Positions 63,233 to 64,000 of a stretch of 64,000 nucleotides of DNA are shown piece after piece. The notes beneath the pieces were generated by a model. It was not told where the DNA came from, ran no database searches, and saw only the letters and a program-made list of their open reading frames with translations. The DNA lies in assembly GCF_054482525.1 (NCBI RefSeq), contig NZ_JBTHVG010000004.1. One strand, written 5' to 3'. Positions within the stretch are counted from its first letter, which is position 1. Every line of letters starts with the position of its first letter. Both the position numbers and the translations under genes were made by a program. The stretch comes from a plasmid.

Positions 63233-63357
63233 AACGCTCCGCGCCGAAGCGATCCAGGCGTGATGCTTCTGCTTTGTGGCGTTCGAACATGCTGGTCCAT
63301 ATGCACGAAACGGTGTCTGACCCTCGTCCAGACAATCCGCAGTTCTGACGAACATAT
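63233..63357 (-). promoter_or_regulatory. Conserved tra leader module, copy C (upstream of traA)
   Basis: Homologous to copies A and B. It ends (minus sense) in GGATCGCTTCGGCGCGGAGCGTT. Confidence 0.7.
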
Positions 63358-63446
63358 GAACAAATATGCTCTTGTAGAGGCTGTTGTTACACAATTGGCG
63401 GGTTGTGTAACAAATGGTTTTATCATCTAAGAATTATTCTATTTAC

Positions 63447-63700
63447 GATCGAATGATCTACAAAATGATTTTTTAAAGGTTTTTTAGATCGTTTAATTGC
63501 ATTAAAACAGAATATTATTCTGTTAGGTGGATCGGTTGTAAGATAAATGATCGTGAGCAGGACAAAAGTCGATCTTTTAATCCAAAAGAAGGATCTAAAG
63601 CAGAAAAATCTGCTTTTAAAAATAGATTTTATTTTTTTGACGCAGGTCAAGATTAACTTATTAGAGGTATCAGTGAGGAGGCACTGGAAGAGAAGAGATC
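63447..63700. other. oriV: GATC-dense AT-rich region, probable IncI1 oriV
   Basis: I counted 8 GATC sites in 254 bp, seven of them within 63447-63595. The region is AT-rich and lies downstream (minus sense) of a terminator hairpin, as expected for the repZ-CIS-ori order. Confidence 0.5.
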
Positions 63701-63892
63701 GTTGTAATGCTTTTCAAATTAACGTAAAGCGGGTATATTTCGGCTGTTATTAGCTGTGCAGAGGGTGGCACTCTGTGGAGCAAAGCGGCGAAAGTCGGAC
63801 GGCAGAATGCGCCATAAGGCATTCAGGAGAGATGGCATGTACGGGCAGTAAGTCAGAAGACTGAAGATGTTCCGGAAGCCATAAAAGGAAAA

Positions 63893-63943
63893 CCCCCACT
63901 ATCTTTCTTACGAACTTGGCGGAACGACGAAAGATAGTGGGGG
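63893..63943 (-). terminator. Strong hairpin terminator (candidate CIS terminator of the rep operon)
   Basis: Perfect 15-bp stem, cccccactatctttc / gaaagatagtggggg. In minus sense it is followed by ttttcctttt. Confidence 0.6.
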
Positions 63944-64000
63944 CCTCACAGAATACGGGTAAAGTATAATGAAACCGTACCAGAGATTCAACCCTGTGCA

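Noticed and set aside
63423-63753. ORFs 63423-63650 (minus strand) and 63547-63753 (+ strand) in the AT-rich block.
   Set aside because: They have low-complexity Lys/Ile/Phe-rich translations in AT-rich, GATC-dense DNA that is more plausibly the replication origin. No Shine-Dalgarno sequences are present.

Overview
This window is almost entirely the backbone of an IncI1-type (R64 / ColIb-P9-like) conjugative plasmid. I identified it from gene order, ORF lengths and visible motifs, by recollection only; no database was searched.

Layout, left to right:
- 1-8.3 kb: leading region. It holds the 3' end of a ParB-like gene, psiB, psiA, ardA, an Rpn nuclease, an HTH gene, a DUF4942 gene and long hairpin-forming non-coding elements.
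- 8.4-11.6 kb: oriT, nikA and nikB.
- 12.6-17.2 kb: trbC, trbB and trbA (minus strand).
- 18.7-19.05 kb: pndCA, a hok-type toxin system.
- 20.85-42.6 kb: excA, traY through traL, sogL/S, nuc and traKJIH. This is a Dot/Icm-like type IVB secretion system on the minus strand.
- 43-45.7 kb: traG, traF and traE.
- 45.9-49.0 kb: rci and a complete seven-site shufflon.
- 48.8-60.5 kb: pilV through pilI (thin type IVb pilus).
- 60.7-62.9 kb: traC, traB and traA.
- 63.4-64.0 kb: a GATC-dense, AT-rich stretch and a terminator hairpin that look like the oriV/CIS edge of the replicon.

I saw no IS elements, resistance genes, rRNA/tRNA genes or CRISPR arrays. Non-backbone cargo sits at operon junctions.

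Items most worth follow-up:
1. An unannotated DinQ/TisB-like 31-aa toxin ORF with a divergent, 32-nt-complementary sRNA gene (19.5-20.0 kb).
2. An AT-rich orphan 363-aa gene inserted in the pnd leader, bracketed by a 171-bp duplication that creates a second pnd promoter and antisense unit (17.25-18.84 kb).
3. A ~125-bp leader module present three times, upstream of traA, traB and traH. It ends in an ops-like 13-mer, and traB encodes an RfaH/NusG-like protein.
4. Frpo/ssi-like hairpin repeats preceding unknown leading-region genes.
5. An Rpn nuclease followed by a free-standing copy of its C-terminal domain.
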